From the IMG/VR virus record IMGVR_UViG_3300028576_000001: DNA of 43,476 nt, one strand, 5' to 3'. The DNA comes from a virus. The translations under genes and the position numbers were made by a program. The notes beneath the pieces were generated by a model. The model was not told the origin of the DNA and did not search any database. It worked only from the letters and a program-made list of their open reading frames with translations. Below, piece after piece: positions 14,165 to 23,551 of the stretch; position 1 is the first letter of the stretch, and each line of letters starts with the position of its first letter.

Positions 14165-15786
14165 CCTTGCCCCCTGATAATGCTGACCATCCGCTTATTA
14201 TTGGAACAGCACTTCACACAGGGTTGGAAAAGGGTGTGACAAAAGCAATTGATGAATACTTCATGTCATATCCAATAATCACAGATGACCATATCAATGA
14301 AGCAATTAAGCTTGAATACTTGATACCAAGGGCATCAAAGCTGTTACCCAAAGGGGAATTTGAAGTCAAGATTTCAACGGAAGATTTCATTGGTTATATT
14401 GACCTTCTTGCACCAGTGACCATGTTCCATGAATCGGAAGTTCCGAATCAGTATGACATCTATGACTTCAAGTATTCCAATAATATCAGCAATTACAAAC
14501 AGTCAGACCAGTTGCACCTGTACAAATATTTCTTTGAAAAGTGCAACCCTGGCAAGTACATCAGAAACCTTTTCTTCTTGTTTGTTCCGAAGGTCAATAT
14601 CAAGCAGAAGAAAACCGAAGATTTGTCAGAGTTTAGGAAAAGAATTCTTGATGAATTGAAGGGTGTTGAACCCGAACTGGTTCAGATTGAGTATGACCCA
14701 AACAAGGTCATCAACTTCTTACTGAACACAAAGCACACCATTGAAGCAACGGAATTCAACAAAAACAGCACATATCTTTGTAACTGGTGCGAATACCAAA
14801 ATTATTGTGAGAAAGGAATTGATTATATGTTGTTACCAAAAAATGAAAGAAGGAACATCCAAAAGATTGAAAAGAAAGTCATTTGGATGTATGGGTCACC
14901 ATTCAGCGGAAAGACCACATTTGCAAATAAGTTTCCTGACCCCTTGATGTTGAACACAGATGGAAATATCAAGTTTGTTGATGCCCCTTACATTGCAATC
15001 AGGGATAAGGTTGAAGCAAACGGAAGGTTAGCACCAAAAAGAACCTTTGCATGGGCAATGTTCAAGGAAGTTATTGAGGAACTTGAAAAGAAAGACAATG
15101 ATTTCAAGACCATCATTGTTGACCTGCTTGAAGATTGTTATGAACATTGCAGACTGTACATGTATGACCAAATGGGCATCACCCATGAATCTGATGACAG
15201 TTTCAGGGCATGGGATAAGGTTCAGACTGAATTCCTGTCAACCTTGAAGAAGCTGATGAACCTGGACTATGAAAACATCATTCTGATTTCCCATGAAGAT
15301 ACTTCAAAGGACATTACCAAAAAGGGCGGTGACAAAATCACTGCAATCAAGCCGAATCTGCGTGAAAAGGTTGCAAACAAGGTTGCAGGTATGGTTGATA
15401 TTGTGGCAAGGGTTATTGCTGATGATAATGTCAGAACCCTGTCTTTCAAGACCAATGAAGTAATCTTTGGCGGTGGTAGATTGACAGTCAGTACCAATGA
15501 AATTCCACTTGATTATGATGCTTTCTTGGAAGTCTATGAAGAAGCAAATAAAAATGCAGTTGCAGAATTGAGTGGTGAAAAACCTGCTGCATCCGCTTCC
15601 ACTGAAAGAAAAGGCAGAAAGAAGAAGGAAGAACCTGCTGAACCTGCACCCAAAGAAGAACCGCAAGAAGAAACAGAACCTGCGGATGCTGAACCCAAAG
15701 AGGAAATAAAGGAAGAACCACAGGAAGAACACACTGAACAAGAAGCACCAAAGACAAAAAAGACCAGGAAAAAGAGGGGTGAATAA
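14083..15786 (+). CDS. Fusion protein: Cas4/RecB-like PD-(D/E)XK exonuclease, AAA_24 (Sak4-like) ATPase, and an acidic/Lys-rich tail
   Basis: N-terminal half: CFEKCPFKY...IGYIDLL...YDFKYS...QLHLYKYF...CNWCEYQNYC, giving four Cys plus nuclease motifs. C-terminal half: Walker A YGSPFSGKTT and Walker B IIVDLLED. The tail is rich in E, P and K. Confidence 0.75.
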   Translation: MQCSHSRIECFEKCPFKYKLRYRDKILTLPPDNADHPLIIGTALHTGLEKGVTKAIDEYFMSYPIITDDHINEAIKLEYLIPRASKLLPKGEFEVKISTEDFIGYIDLLAPVTMFHESEVPNQYDIYDFKYSNNISNYKQSDQLHLYKYFFEKCNPGKYIRNLFFLFVPKVNIKQKKTEDLSEFRKRILDELKGVEPELVQIEYDPNKVINFLLNTKHTIEATEFNKNSTYLCNWCEYQNYCEKGIDYMLLPKNERRNIQKIEKKVIWMYGSPFSGKTTFANKFPDPLMLNTDGNIKFVDAPYIAIRDKVEANGRLAPKRTFAWAMFKEVIEELEKKDNDFKTIIVDLLEDCYEHCRLYMYDQMGITHESDDSFRAWDKVQTEFLSTLKKLMNLDYENIILISHEDTSKDITKKGGDKITAIKPNLREKVANKVAGMVDIVARVIADDNVRTLSFKTNEVIFGGGRLTVSTNEIPLDYDAFLEVYEEANKNAVAELSGEKPAASASTERKGRKKKEEPAEPAPKEEPQEETEPADAEPKEEIKEEPQEEHTEQEAPKTKKTRKKRGE

Positions 15787-16303
15787 TTTGAAAATCACAA
15801 TGTCAGTTTCAAATCTTAAAGAGATTCTCAAAGCTTGTAAGAATTATGTGAGTAAGGACAATTACAGACCTATGTTACAAGCAATTCAGCTTAATTGCAT
15901 CAATGGTACTTGTAAGGCAACAGCACTTGATGGGTATAAGATGATGACAATTTGCGTTCCTTATGAAGGTGATGAAGGAACAATGTACATTCCAGTTATT
16001 AAACCTCCAAAGGGAACAAAGGTCATCATATCTGATTTAGATTCAGAAATAATGTTTGACTTCCTCACAGAAAAGCAAGTGGTAAAGAAATTTGAAGGTG
16101 AGTTCCCCAATGTAAAAAAAGTTTTTCCAGAGGGTGAACCGAATTTCAGAATAGGTTTTGACCCAAAGCTTCTGAAAGATGCATTGGATGGTTTCAGTGA
16201 TAGCACATGTGTTGAGATTAAATTCTTTGGTGAAACAACTGGAATCATCATTAAAAACAGTATTGGTAAACAAGCATTGGTTCTTCCAATGCGACTAAAA
16301 TAA
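15779..16303 (+). CDS. Short DnaN (beta sliding clamp)-like protein
   Basis: NLKEILKACKNYVSKDNYRPMLQAIQL...ATALDGYKM resembles the start of DnaN domain I. The C-terminus ALVLPMRLK resembles the DnaN C-terminus. It is only 167-174 aa (alternative ATG at 15800). Confidence 0.5.
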   Translation: MNNLKITMSVSNLKEILKACKNYVSKDNYRPMLQAIQLNCINGTCKATALDGYKMMTICVPYEGDEGTMYIPVIKPPKGTKVIISDLDSEIMFDFLTEKQVVKKFEGEFPNVKKVFPEGEPNFRIGFDPKLLKDALDGFSDSTCVEIKFFGETTGIIIKNSIGKQALVLPMRLK

Positions 16304-16333
16304 TCAAATTTAGAAAGGATAAGGTGATTTATT

Positions 16334-16789
16334 ATGGCACAAAACATTTGGGATAAGTTTGATAAGCAGTACAACACAGAGGAATTGGCAAAGGAAGTTA
16401 AGGAACAGAAAGAAAATGGTGGCAACTTTACCCCTGTTCCCTTTGGAAGCTATGAAGTAGCAGTAACCAAAATGGAACTGACAGAATCCAAAGCACATGA
16501 CCCTATGGTTACAATTTGGTTCAAGGTTCTGAATGGTGAACACAAAGGTAGCTTGATTTTCTACAACCAGGTAATCACACAGGCTTTCCAAATCCATCTT
16601 GTCAATGAGTTGTTAAGAGCAATGGACACAGACCTTGACATTGAGTTTGTAACATACAAGCAGTATGCACAGCTTCTGATGGATGTTCATGAAGCTATTG
16701 ATGGCAACCTTGAATTTGGTTTGGACTATACCGAAGGAAAGAAAGGTTTCCCCAAATTTGAGATTACAGAAGTGTTTGAAGTTGAATAA
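16334..16789 (+). CDS. DUF669-family protein (SSB-like partner of Sak4-type ATPases)
   Basis: GGNFTPVPFGSYEVAVTKMELTESKAHDPMVTIWFKVLNGEHKGSLIF is a typical DUF669 core. It sits in the recombination module. Confidence 0.65.
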   Translation: MAQNIWDKFDKQYNTEELAKEVKEQKENGGNFTPVPFGSYEVAVTKMELTESKAHDPMVTIWFKVLNGEHKGSLIFYNQVITQAFQIHLVNELLRAMDTDLDIEFVTYKQYAQLLMDVHEAIDGNLEFGLDYTEGKKGFPKFEITEVFEVE

Positions 16790-16802
16790 GTAAGCACAGG
16801 GT

Positions 16803-16832
16803 GTGAGTGCTTAAAAATTTTTAAGCACTCAC
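16803..16832 (+). terminator. Rho-independent terminator (perfect palindrome)
   Basis: GTGAGTGCTTAAAAA / TTTTTAAGCACTCAC, followed by ATTTTA. Confidence 0.7.
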
Positions 16833-16900
16833 ATTTTACCCTGGACTTCCCCATTATTAGTATAACCAACAGCTTATAAACTTATACAGAAAGGATGTGA

Positions 16901-18607
16901 ATGAAAATGCTGTTTTATGACTTTGAAGTTTTCAGTCAGGATTGGTTGGTGGTCATCCTGGATGTAACAAACAGAAAAGAACATGTAATCATCAATGACC
17001 CTGATGAACTTGAAAGAGTGTACAAGGAAAATGTCAATGACATTTGGGTTGGCTATAACAGCAGACCTTATGACCAATACATCCTGAAAGGCATCCTTTG
17101 CGGATTTGACCCCAAACAAATCAATGATTTCATTATAGTGAAGGGAAACCCTGGATGGAGGTTTTCTTCTGTGCTGCGGAATGTACCATTGATAAATTAT
17201 GATGTGATGCTTGGAACTGATAGAGGATTGAAAACTTTTGAAGGGTTCATGGGTCACAACATCAAGGAATCAAGTGTTCCTTTTGATATAGACAGAAAAC
17301 TGACACAAGAAGAAATTGATGAAACAGTAAAGTATTGTAGACATGATGTGGAACAGACCATTGAAGTGTTCCTGCAAAGAAGTGAAGAATTTGATGCTTC
17401 CAGGGAACTTATTAAGATATTCAATTTACCAGTAACATCATATAGCAAAACCAAAGCACAATTGGTTGCTGAAATATGTGGTGGTATGGGAAAAAGGTTT
17501 GATGGCAATGAATTTGACTTCCCCATTGTTCCATGTGTGGAAAAGCAATTGAAAAAATATAGGTATGTTCTTGATTGGTACAAGAACCCTGAAAACCATG
17601 ATTATTCAAAATCACTGGAAACAATCATTGCAGGTGTACCACATACATTTGCCTGGGGTGGCATCCATGGTGCAAAGAAGCAAAACACTGAATCGGGTGT
17701 GCTGTTGAATATGGATGTGACAGCTTATTACCCTTCCATTCAATTGCAATATAAGTTTGGTTACAGGAACATGTCAAAGCCTGAAAACTTTGAATTGATA
17801 CACAAAGAAAACCTGCGATATAAAGCCGAAGGAAACAAAAAAGCAAGGTCACCTTTTAAGATTGCAGATAACAGTATGAGTGGACAGCTTAAAGACAAGA
17901 ACAGCAAATTGTATGACCCATTGATGAATAATGCAGTTTGCGTGAATGGTCAGCTTATGCTGCTGATGCTGATTGAAATGGTTGAACCCCATGCACAGCT
18001 TGTTCAGAGCAACACAGATGGTATTTTGTTAAAGCTGAAAAGCATTGATGATTATGACATCCTGGATGATGTTGTTTATGAATGGGAATGTGCAACAGGA
18101 ATGAAAATGGAATTTGAACTATTCAGCAAGGTGTTCCAAAAGGATGTGAACAATTACATTCTAATTGCTGATGATGGGAAAATCAAATCCAAAGGTGGTT
18201 ATGTGAAAAAGCTTTCAAATTTAGATTATGACCTTCCGATTATCAACAAGGCACTTATCAACTACATGGTGCATGGAATATCTGTTGAAGATACCATCCT
18301 TCCCTGCAATGACCTGAAAGAATTTCAGATGGTAACAAAGATTTCAAATAAGTACAAGCACATAGTTCATGGTAACAAGATACTGAAAGAAAAATGCATC
18401 AGAGTATTTGCATCCAAAGCACCTTCTGATGCAGGGGTGTTCAAAATTAGCATTCGGACTGGGAAGCCTGAAAAGATATCAAATTCACCTGAACACTGCT
18501 TCATTTTCAATGATGCGGTCAATGGATTGAAAGTTCCTGAAAAACTTGACAAGCTTTGGTATATCAAGTTTGCAAAGAAAAGGCTTGCTGATTTTGGGGT
18601 GGTGTGA
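16901..18607 (+). CDS. Family B DNA polymerase (compact phage type) with a 3'-5' exonuclease domain
   Basis: Exo motifs FYDFEV, YNSRPYD and YCRHDV. Pol motifs DVTAYYPSI (DxxSLYPS-like), KIADNSMSGQL (KxxxNSxYG-like) and SNTDGIL (DTD-like). Confidence 0.8.
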   Translation: MKMLFYDFEVFSQDWLVVILDVTNRKEHVIINDPDELERVYKENVNDIWVGYNSRPYDQYILKGILCGFDPKQINDFIIVKGNPGWRFSSVLRNVPLINYDVMLGTDRGLKTFEGFMGHNIKESSVPFDIDRKLTQEEIDETVKYCRHDVEQTIEVFLQRSEEFDASRELIKIFNLPVTSYSKTKAQLVAEICGGMGKRFDGNEFDFPIVPCVEKQLKKYRYVLDWYKNPENHDYSKSLETIIAGVPHTFAWGGIHGAKKQNTESGVLLNMDVTAYYPSIQLQYKFGYRNMSKPENFELIHKENLRYKAEGNKKARSPFKIADNSMSGQLKDKNSKLYDPLMNNAVCVNGQLMLLMLIEMVEPHAQLVQSNTDGILLKLKSIDDYDILDDVVYEWECATGMKMEFELFSKVFQKDVNNYILIADDGKIKSKGGYVKKLSNLDYDLPIINKALINYMVHGISVEDTILPCNDLKEFQMVTKISNKYKHIVHGNKILKEKCIRVFASKAPSDAGVFKISIRTGKPEKISNSPEHCFIFNDAVNGLKVPEKLDKLWYIKFAKKRLADFGVV

Positions 18608-18643
18608 TGAAAAAGATTATATACAGAAAGGAAGTGATGAAGC

Positions 18644-20536
18644 TTGTTTTTCAAAGGATATGTTGAAACCAAAGATAAGAAATGCATTGAGAAGTTCAAA
18701 AACAGAACTGATTTCAAAACATACCGACAAGTGAAGTCACTTCCTGAATTTGCAGGTATTTTGGATACTGACACCATTCTGATTGATATTGATGACTTTG
18801 AACAAAGTGAACTTTTGTTTCAAATAGTCAAAGACCATCAGTTGAAGTGCAGAGTTTATGAAACCACAAGGGGTAAACACTTCTTGTTTAAGAATACAAC
18901 TGTTGACACCAACAGAACCAAAGCGAATCTTGCAATTGGTTTGGTTGCTGACATCAAGCTTGGTAAAAAGAATTCATATTCAGTCTTAAAGTTCAACAAT
19001 AAAGAAAGAAAAATACTTTATGACCAAGCTGACAATGAAGAAGCACAGGAACTTCCAAAGTGGATGCTTCCAGTGAAAACAACAATGGAATTCCTGAACC
19101 TTGAACCTGGTGATGGAAGAAATCAATCCCTGTTCAACTACATATTAACTTTACAATCAAATGATTTCAGTGTGGAAGAATCCAGGGAATGTATCAGGCT
19201 TATAAACAAATACATTCTAAAAGTTCCATTATCAGATGATGAATTAGAAGTGATACTGCGTGATGATGCTTTCAAGAAACCAGTGTTTTTCAAAGGTACA
19301 ACCTTCCTTTTTGATAAATTTGCAACTTATTTGAAAAACAACCATCACATTATCAGGATAAACAACCAATTGCATCTTTACAGGGATGGGGTTTATATCA
19401 GCGGATACATGGAAATTGAATCTGAAATGATTAAACATATCCCCCAACTTAACAGGGCAAAAAGGGCAGAAGTTTTGGCATACCTGGAAATTATGATTCG
19501 TGAAAACACCCCTGCATCCCCTGCCCACATGATTGCTTTCAGAAATGGCATTCTGAACATAAAAGATGATAGCTTCACCCCTTTTTCACCTGACATTGTA
19601 ATTACAAACAAAATCGAATGGGATTACAACCCACATGCTTATTGTGAACTCACAGATAAAACCCTTGACAAGATTGCTTGCAATGACCCGAACATAAGGG
19701 CATTACTTGAAGAAGCAGCGGGATTCTGTATGTTCAGAAGAAATGAACTGGGAAAAGCGTTTATCTTAACTGGTACAGGAAGCAACGGAAAATCAACTTA
19801 TCTGAACATGTTGAAGCACATGCTTGGAAAGCACAATGTTTCATCCCTGGACTTGAAAAAGCTTGGTGACAGATTCAGCACAGTAATGTTGTTTGGAAAG
19901 CTTGCCAATATAGGTGATGACATATCTGATGAATTCATCATGGATGCTTCAATCTTCAAGAAAATAGTCACTGGTGAAACCATTGATGCTGAACAAAAAG
20001 GTCAACCAAAATTTGAATTTGAACCTTATGTGAAGCTGTTCTTTTCTGCAAACAACATTCCAAGGATGGGTAAAGGAAGGGATTCTGCTGCAATATTAAG
20101 GCGGTTGATTATTGTTCCATTTGATGCAAGGTTTACTGTTGATGACCATGACCATGACCCACATATTGGTGATATGCTGCGGTCACAGGAATCAATGGAA
20201 TATCTGATTCAACTTGGTTTGAAAGGTTTGAAAAGAGTTCTTAAAACCAAGAAGTTCAGCGAATCAGAAAAAGTTCAAAAAGAACTTGAAGAATATGAAG
20301 AAAGTAACAACCCTGTTCTTGGATTCATCAAAGAAATTGAATTAAGTGATGACTTCAAGATTGAGAATGAACCAACAAAGGATGTTTACAAGAGATACCA
20401 AGAATATTGCTTGGCAAATAATCTGCAACCTATGTCAAACATTGAATTTTCAAAGCAAATCAACAGAATTTTGAACATGCAAGTTGTTGTTAAAAGGATT
20501 GGAAACAAGACCCACAGATTATTTGTTCCAAGGTAA
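18644..20536 (+). CDS. Primase-helicase (prim-pol N-terminus, D5_N-like region, P4-family P-loop C-terminal domain)
   Basis: ILIDIDD...TTRGKHFLF (prim-pol). Walker A LTGTGSNGKST. Walker B-like IGDDI. TTG start after GAAAGGAAG. Confidence 0.8.
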   Translation: MFFKGYVETKDKKCIEKFKNRTDFKTYRQVKSLPEFAGILDTDTILIDIDDFEQSELLFQIVKDHQLKCRVYETTRGKHFLFKNTTVDTNRTKANLAIGLVADIKLGKKNSYSVLKFNNKERKILYDQADNEEAQELPKWMLPVKTTMEFLNLEPGDGRNQSLFNYILTLQSNDFSVEESRECIRLINKYILKVPLSDDELEVILRDDAFKKPVFFKGTTFLFDKFATYLKNNHHIIRINNQLHLYRDGVYISGYMEIESEMIKHIPQLNRAKRAEVLAYLEIMIRENTPASPAHMIAFRNGILNIKDDSFTPFSPDIVITNKIEWDYNPHAYCELTDKTLDKIACNDPNIRALLEEAAGFCMFRRNELGKAFILTGTGSNGKSTYLNMLKHMLGKHNVSSLDLKKLGDRFSTVMLFGKLANIGDDISDEFIMDASIFKKIVTGETIDAEQKGQPKFEFEPYVKLFFSANNIPRMGKGRDSAAILRRLIIVPFDARFTVDDHDHDPHIGDMLRSQESMEYLIQLGLKGLKRVLKTKKFSESEKVQKELEEYEESNNPVLGFIKEIELSDDFKIENEPTKDVYKRYQEYCLANNLQPMSNIEFSKQINRILNMQVVVKRIGNKTHRLFVPR

Positions 20537-20553
20537 AAGAAAGGGTGGTGTAA

Positions 20554-21150
20554 GTGGATACATGTGTAATGTGCGGTGAATATGTTCCAGAGGGAAGGCA
20601 GGTTTGCATCAGTTGTGAAAAAGCACCTTCCATCAAAGACAGTGGGAACAGAAGAAAGTTTGAAAGTGGTGCAGTCAGAGATATTCAGGAAGGCAAAGGA
20701 AGGTGTGACCTTCTTCCCCTGGGTGTAGTTGCTGACTTGATGGGGTTAAAAGAGTTAATGCGGATTCATGAGTTCAAAAGCACAGGTGATGTCATCCCCC
20801 TATTTGATGCACTAAAAGAATTTTCGAGCATCTATATGACCAAAGATGAAAATGGCAAAATCACTGAATATGACAGCAAGGAAAAAGAACTTTCTGACAT
20901 GATGCTTGAAGTGTCCATCCACTTTGAAGAAGGTGCAAAGAAGTATGGTGACAACAACTGGCGAAAAGGCATTCCTGCGTATTGTTACATTGATTCAGCG
21001 GTCAGGCATTATCTGAAATGGATTCGTGGTGACAATGATGAACCACATGACAGGGCATTTGCTTGGAATCTGCTTTGCTGCATTTGGACTTGTCAAAACA
21101 AGCCTGAATTGAATACTTATCTGAAAGGTGGTGCAGCAAGTGGCAAATAA
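20554..21150 (+). CDS. Zinc-ribbon plus dATP/dGTP diphosphohydrolase-like (DUF5664 / MazG-like) protein
   Basis: CVMCGEYVPEGRQVCISC, then DSGNRRKFESGAVRDIQEGKGRCDLLP, which is the characteristic N-terminal motif of this family as far as I recognise it. Confidence 0.55.
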   Translation: MDTCVMCGEYVPEGRQVCISCEKAPSIKDSGNRRKFESGAVRDIQEGKGRCDLLPLGVVADLMGLKELMRIHEFKSTGDVIPLFDALKEFSSIYMTKDENGKITEYDSKEKELSDMMLEVSIHFEEGAKKYGDNNWRKGIPAYCYIDSAVRHYLKWIRGDNDEPHDRAFAWNLLCCIWTCQNKPELNTYLKGGAASGK

Positions 21151-21352
21151 AAACCCAAAATTCAATGCAAGCGGATGTCCTGACCCAACAGCATATGAAG
21201 CATTGAAACCAATAATCAAAGAAGATGTTGAACTGGAATCAAAAGTCAACTTTCTGATTAAGGTGTTAAAGTTCATCATAAATGAAAGTGGTTTTGAACT
21301 TTTGAACCGAATTGAAATAAAAGATAAAAAGACAGGAAGGTGCTTCAAATGA
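21128..21352 (+). CDS. Hypothetical small protein
   Basis: ORF with an alternative GTG start at 21140. It contains the ...GCPDPTAYEAL... motif seen in small Firmicute-phage ORFs. Confidence 0.45.
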   Translation: MVQQVANKNPKFNASGCPDPTAYEALKPIIKEDVELESKVNFLIKVLKFIINESGFELLNRIEIKDKKTGRCFK

Positions 21353-21552
21353 ATATTTCAAAAATGAACAGATGTGGAGATTGTATTTATGCAATTTACA
21401 AAGGGATTCCAATGCACCCAAAGCTTAGGATATGTGAGAACAAAAAAAGTGGATATTTCAAGGTAGCGGTTCAATCATATGCATGTAATTTATACAAAGA
21501 GATTAAAAATCCGCAATGGCGAGATTACTGTAACAAAATGTATTCAGATTAG
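21349..21552 (+). CDS. Hypothetical small Cys-containing protein
   Basis: ATG 21349 follows AGGAAGGTG. MNISKMNRCGDCIYAIYK... Confidence 0.45.
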   Translation: MNISKMNRCGDCIYAIYKGIPMHPKLRICENKKSGYFKVAVQSYACNLYKEIKNPQWRDYCNKMYSD

Positions 21553-21573
21553 ATATTGAGGGGGTAACTTTAA

Positions 21574-22146
21574 ATGAAAGAAATGATTAAGAGAATGAAC
21601 CAGTTCAGCAGAATGAAACCTGCATCTATACCTGATGACCTGTCAGATTACTTGGCTGACAATGGGTTCTTCCTTTCCCCTGCATCCACAAAGTATCATG
21701 GAAATTATGAAGGTGGACTGTATGACCATTCAACCAATGTTGCAGACAGGTTGATGTGGATGACCGAAAACCTGAACTTACAGTGGCAGCGGAATGAATC
21801 ACCCTGGATTGTTGGCATGTTCCATGACCTGTGCAAGATAGATGAATACATCAAGGTTGTGGATGAAGAAGGTCAGGTGATGATGGGAACTGGTGAAGTG
21901 AAAGGTGAAGAAGCACACTTTGAACATGCATCTGATGTGCTGCTGAAAGGGCATGGTGATAAGTCAATCATGCTGCTGTCACAGTTCATCACATTGACAG
22001 AAGAAGAAATCTTGTGCATCAGGTATCACATGGGTGCTTATAACAGGGATGACTGGGGAGGCTTTGACAAGGCAATCAGAAAGTATCCGAATGTGTTATT
22101 CACTCACACTGCTGATATGTATGCATCAAAGGTTATTGAAAATTAA
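21574..22146 (+). CDS. HD-domain phosphohydrolase (YhaM-like HD fold)
   Basis: PASTKYHGNYEGGLYDHS...GMFHDLCK...HGDKS...RYHMG. Confidence 0.75.
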   Translation: MKEMIKRMNQFSRMKPASIPDDLSDYLADNGFFLSPASTKYHGNYEGGLYDHSTNVADRLMWMTENLNLQWQRNESPWIVGMFHDLCKIDEYIKVVDEEGQVMMGTGEVKGEEAHFEHASDVLLKGHGDKSIMLLSQFITLTEEEILCIRYHMGAYNRDDWGGFDKAIRKYPNVLFTHTADMYASKVIEN

Positions 22147-22163
22147 CTTTCAAAAGTAATCAA

Positions 22164-22469
22164 TGTTACAGTTTATTATGGTTATGTTACGGTTGAATTT
22201 TTCAAGTGTAACAATGAAAGCCTTGATAATACAGGGTTGTTACACATGTTACACATGTTACGGTTGTTTTTAACTTAATAACAATATTAGTGTTTTTTAT
22301 AATCATTAAATTTTAATGATTTCATAAAAAATAACTATATAAGAAGTATAACTGTAACAAGTGTAACACTTAACCTGTGAAAGTATTGATGTGTCTGACT
22401 TTGAAGGTGTTACACATGAAAAATACAACCGTAACATTTTAAGTGTAACTGTAACATTGATGTGTAACA
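22164..22469. repeat. Convergent GTAACA/TGTTAC arrays around an AT-rich core (locus B) in a 352-nt non-coding gap
   Basis: TGTTAC(A) at 22164, 22185, 22238, 22247 and 22256. A 92-bp AT-rich core. GTAAC(A) at 22354, 22363, 22431, 22444, 22451 and 22464. Opposite-orientation copies at 22208 and 22408. Confidence 0.85.
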
Positions 22470-22498
22470 GATGAAAGTATTGAAGAAAGGGTGATGAA

Positions 22499-22915
22499 AT
22501 GACAGCAAAACAATATTTAAGGCAAGCATACCGCCTGAATGAATTGATAAATAGTCACATCAGAGAAGTTGAACAGTTAAGGCTTCTTTCAACAAGTGTT
22601 CCAAGTACAGATTTTTCAAAGGAAAGAGTTCAAGGGGGCAAGCTTCCAGGGGATAGAATTTCAAATATTATTGCAAAAATTGTTGACCTTGAAAAGCAAA
22701 TCAATGATGAAATAGACCACTTTGTTGATTTGAAAAAGGAAATTCATGATGTTATTGAAGCGGTGAAAAGTCCTGACCAAAGGCTTGTGTTAAGATGCAG
22801 GTATATTGAATTTTTAACCTGGGAAAAGACTGCTGAAATTATGAACTATTCTATTAAACAGATACATAGAATACATTCAGCAGCATTACAGAATGTAGTT
22901 ATTCCAAAAAGATGA
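22499..22915 (+). CDS. Late-gene transcriptional activator, sigma-70 region-4-like (DUF1492/ArpU/RinA type)
   Basis: 138 aa, immediately upstream of terS. C-terminal HTH RLVLRCRYIEFLTWEKTAEIMNYSIKQIHRIHSAALQNV. Confidence 0.7.
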   Translation: MTAKQYLRQAYRLNELINSHIREVEQLRLLSTSVPSTDFSKERVQGGKLPGDRISNIIAKIVDLEKQINDEIDHFVDLKKEIHDVIEAVKSPDQRLVLRCRYIEFLTWEKTAEIMNYSIKQIHRIHSAALQNVVIPKR

Positions 22916-22968
22916 CATGAAATGTCCTTGTATGTCACTGTTAATATATGGTTCAATTAAACTTGAAG

Positions 22969-23000
22969 AAATAGCAGCAAGTGAATTGCTGCTATTTTTT
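22969..23000 (+). terminator. Rho-independent terminator between the late activator and terS
   Basis: AAATAGCAGCAA-gtgaa-TTGCTGCTATTT (12-bp arms), followed by a T-run. Confidence 0.75.
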
Positions 23001-23026
23001 ATTTTGATTGAAAGGCGGTGTTGCAG

Positions 23027-23473
23027 ATGGCACTGACAAAGAAGCAGAAAGTGTTTGCAGATGAATATTTAGTTGATACAAATGCAACACAGGCTGCAAT
23101 CAGGGCAGGTTATAGTGAAAAAACAGCATATAGTCAAGGACAGAGATTGTTGAAGAATGTTGAAGTTCAAAACTATATAGAAGAACAGCTTGAAAAGGTT
23201 CACAATGAAAATATTGCAGATGCATCAGAAGTCATGATGTACTTAACTTCTGTTTTGCGTGGTGAATCTATGTCAGAAGTTATTGTGATTGAAGGTACTG
23301 GTGAAGGATGTTCAGATGCAAGAAGAATGATGAAAGCACCTGATGAAAAAGACAAAATGAAAGCTGCTGAACTTCTTGGGAAAAGATATGGGTTGTACAA
23401 AGATAATATGAACATCATTGGTGCAATTCCTGTTGTTATTCAAGATGACCTGGATGATGAAGATGATGAATAG
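23027..23473 (+). CDS. terS: Terminase small subunit (Terminase_2 / P27 family)
   Basis: LTKKQKVFADEYLVDTNATQAAIRAGYSEKTAYSQGQRLLKNVEVQNYI. ATG 23027 follows GAAAGGCGGTG. Confidence 0.88.
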   Translation: MALTKKQKVFADEYLVDTNATQAAIRAGYSEKTAYSQGQRLLKNVEVQNYIEEQLEKVHNENIADASEVMMYLTSVLRGESMSEVIVIEGTGEGCSDARRMMKAPDEKDKMKAAELLGKRYGLYKDNMNIIGAIPVVIQDDLDDEDDE

Positions 23474-23492
23474 TAACAGGTTAGTAACAAAA
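23471..23492 (+). repeat. 22-nt element, copy E3
   Basis: TAGTAACAGGTTAGTAACAAAA. Its first TAG is the terS stop codon. Confidence 0.7.
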
Positions 23493-23551
23493 TTATTGAC
23501 AAAGCCTGTGTTTTCAGCATCTTGCATTTATTGCACCATAAAAAGGCGGTG

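Noticed and set aside
15304-15831. Minus-strand ORFs (15304-15831, 15488-15757, 15534-15734) at the 3' end of the nuclease-ATPase gene
   Set aside because: They are antisense to the low-complexity GAA/GAG/AAG-rich tail, which leaves several frames open by composition alone.
16901-18607. Protein-primed (phi29-like) replication implied by the compact family B polymerase
   Set aside because: The contig closes as a circle with no inverted terminal repeats. No terminal-protein candidate is evident, and a primase-helicase is encoded immediately downstream.
20554-22146. Z-genome (2-aminoadenine) biosynthesis cluster
   Set aside because: No PurZ-like gene is visible anywhere on the contig, and MazG-like and HD hydrolases are common in phages without Z-DNA.
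22164-22469. Possible CRISPR array (also considered for 6245-6377)
   Set aside because: The repeat units are only 6-9 nt, spacing is irregular, both orientations occur, and no cas genes are present.
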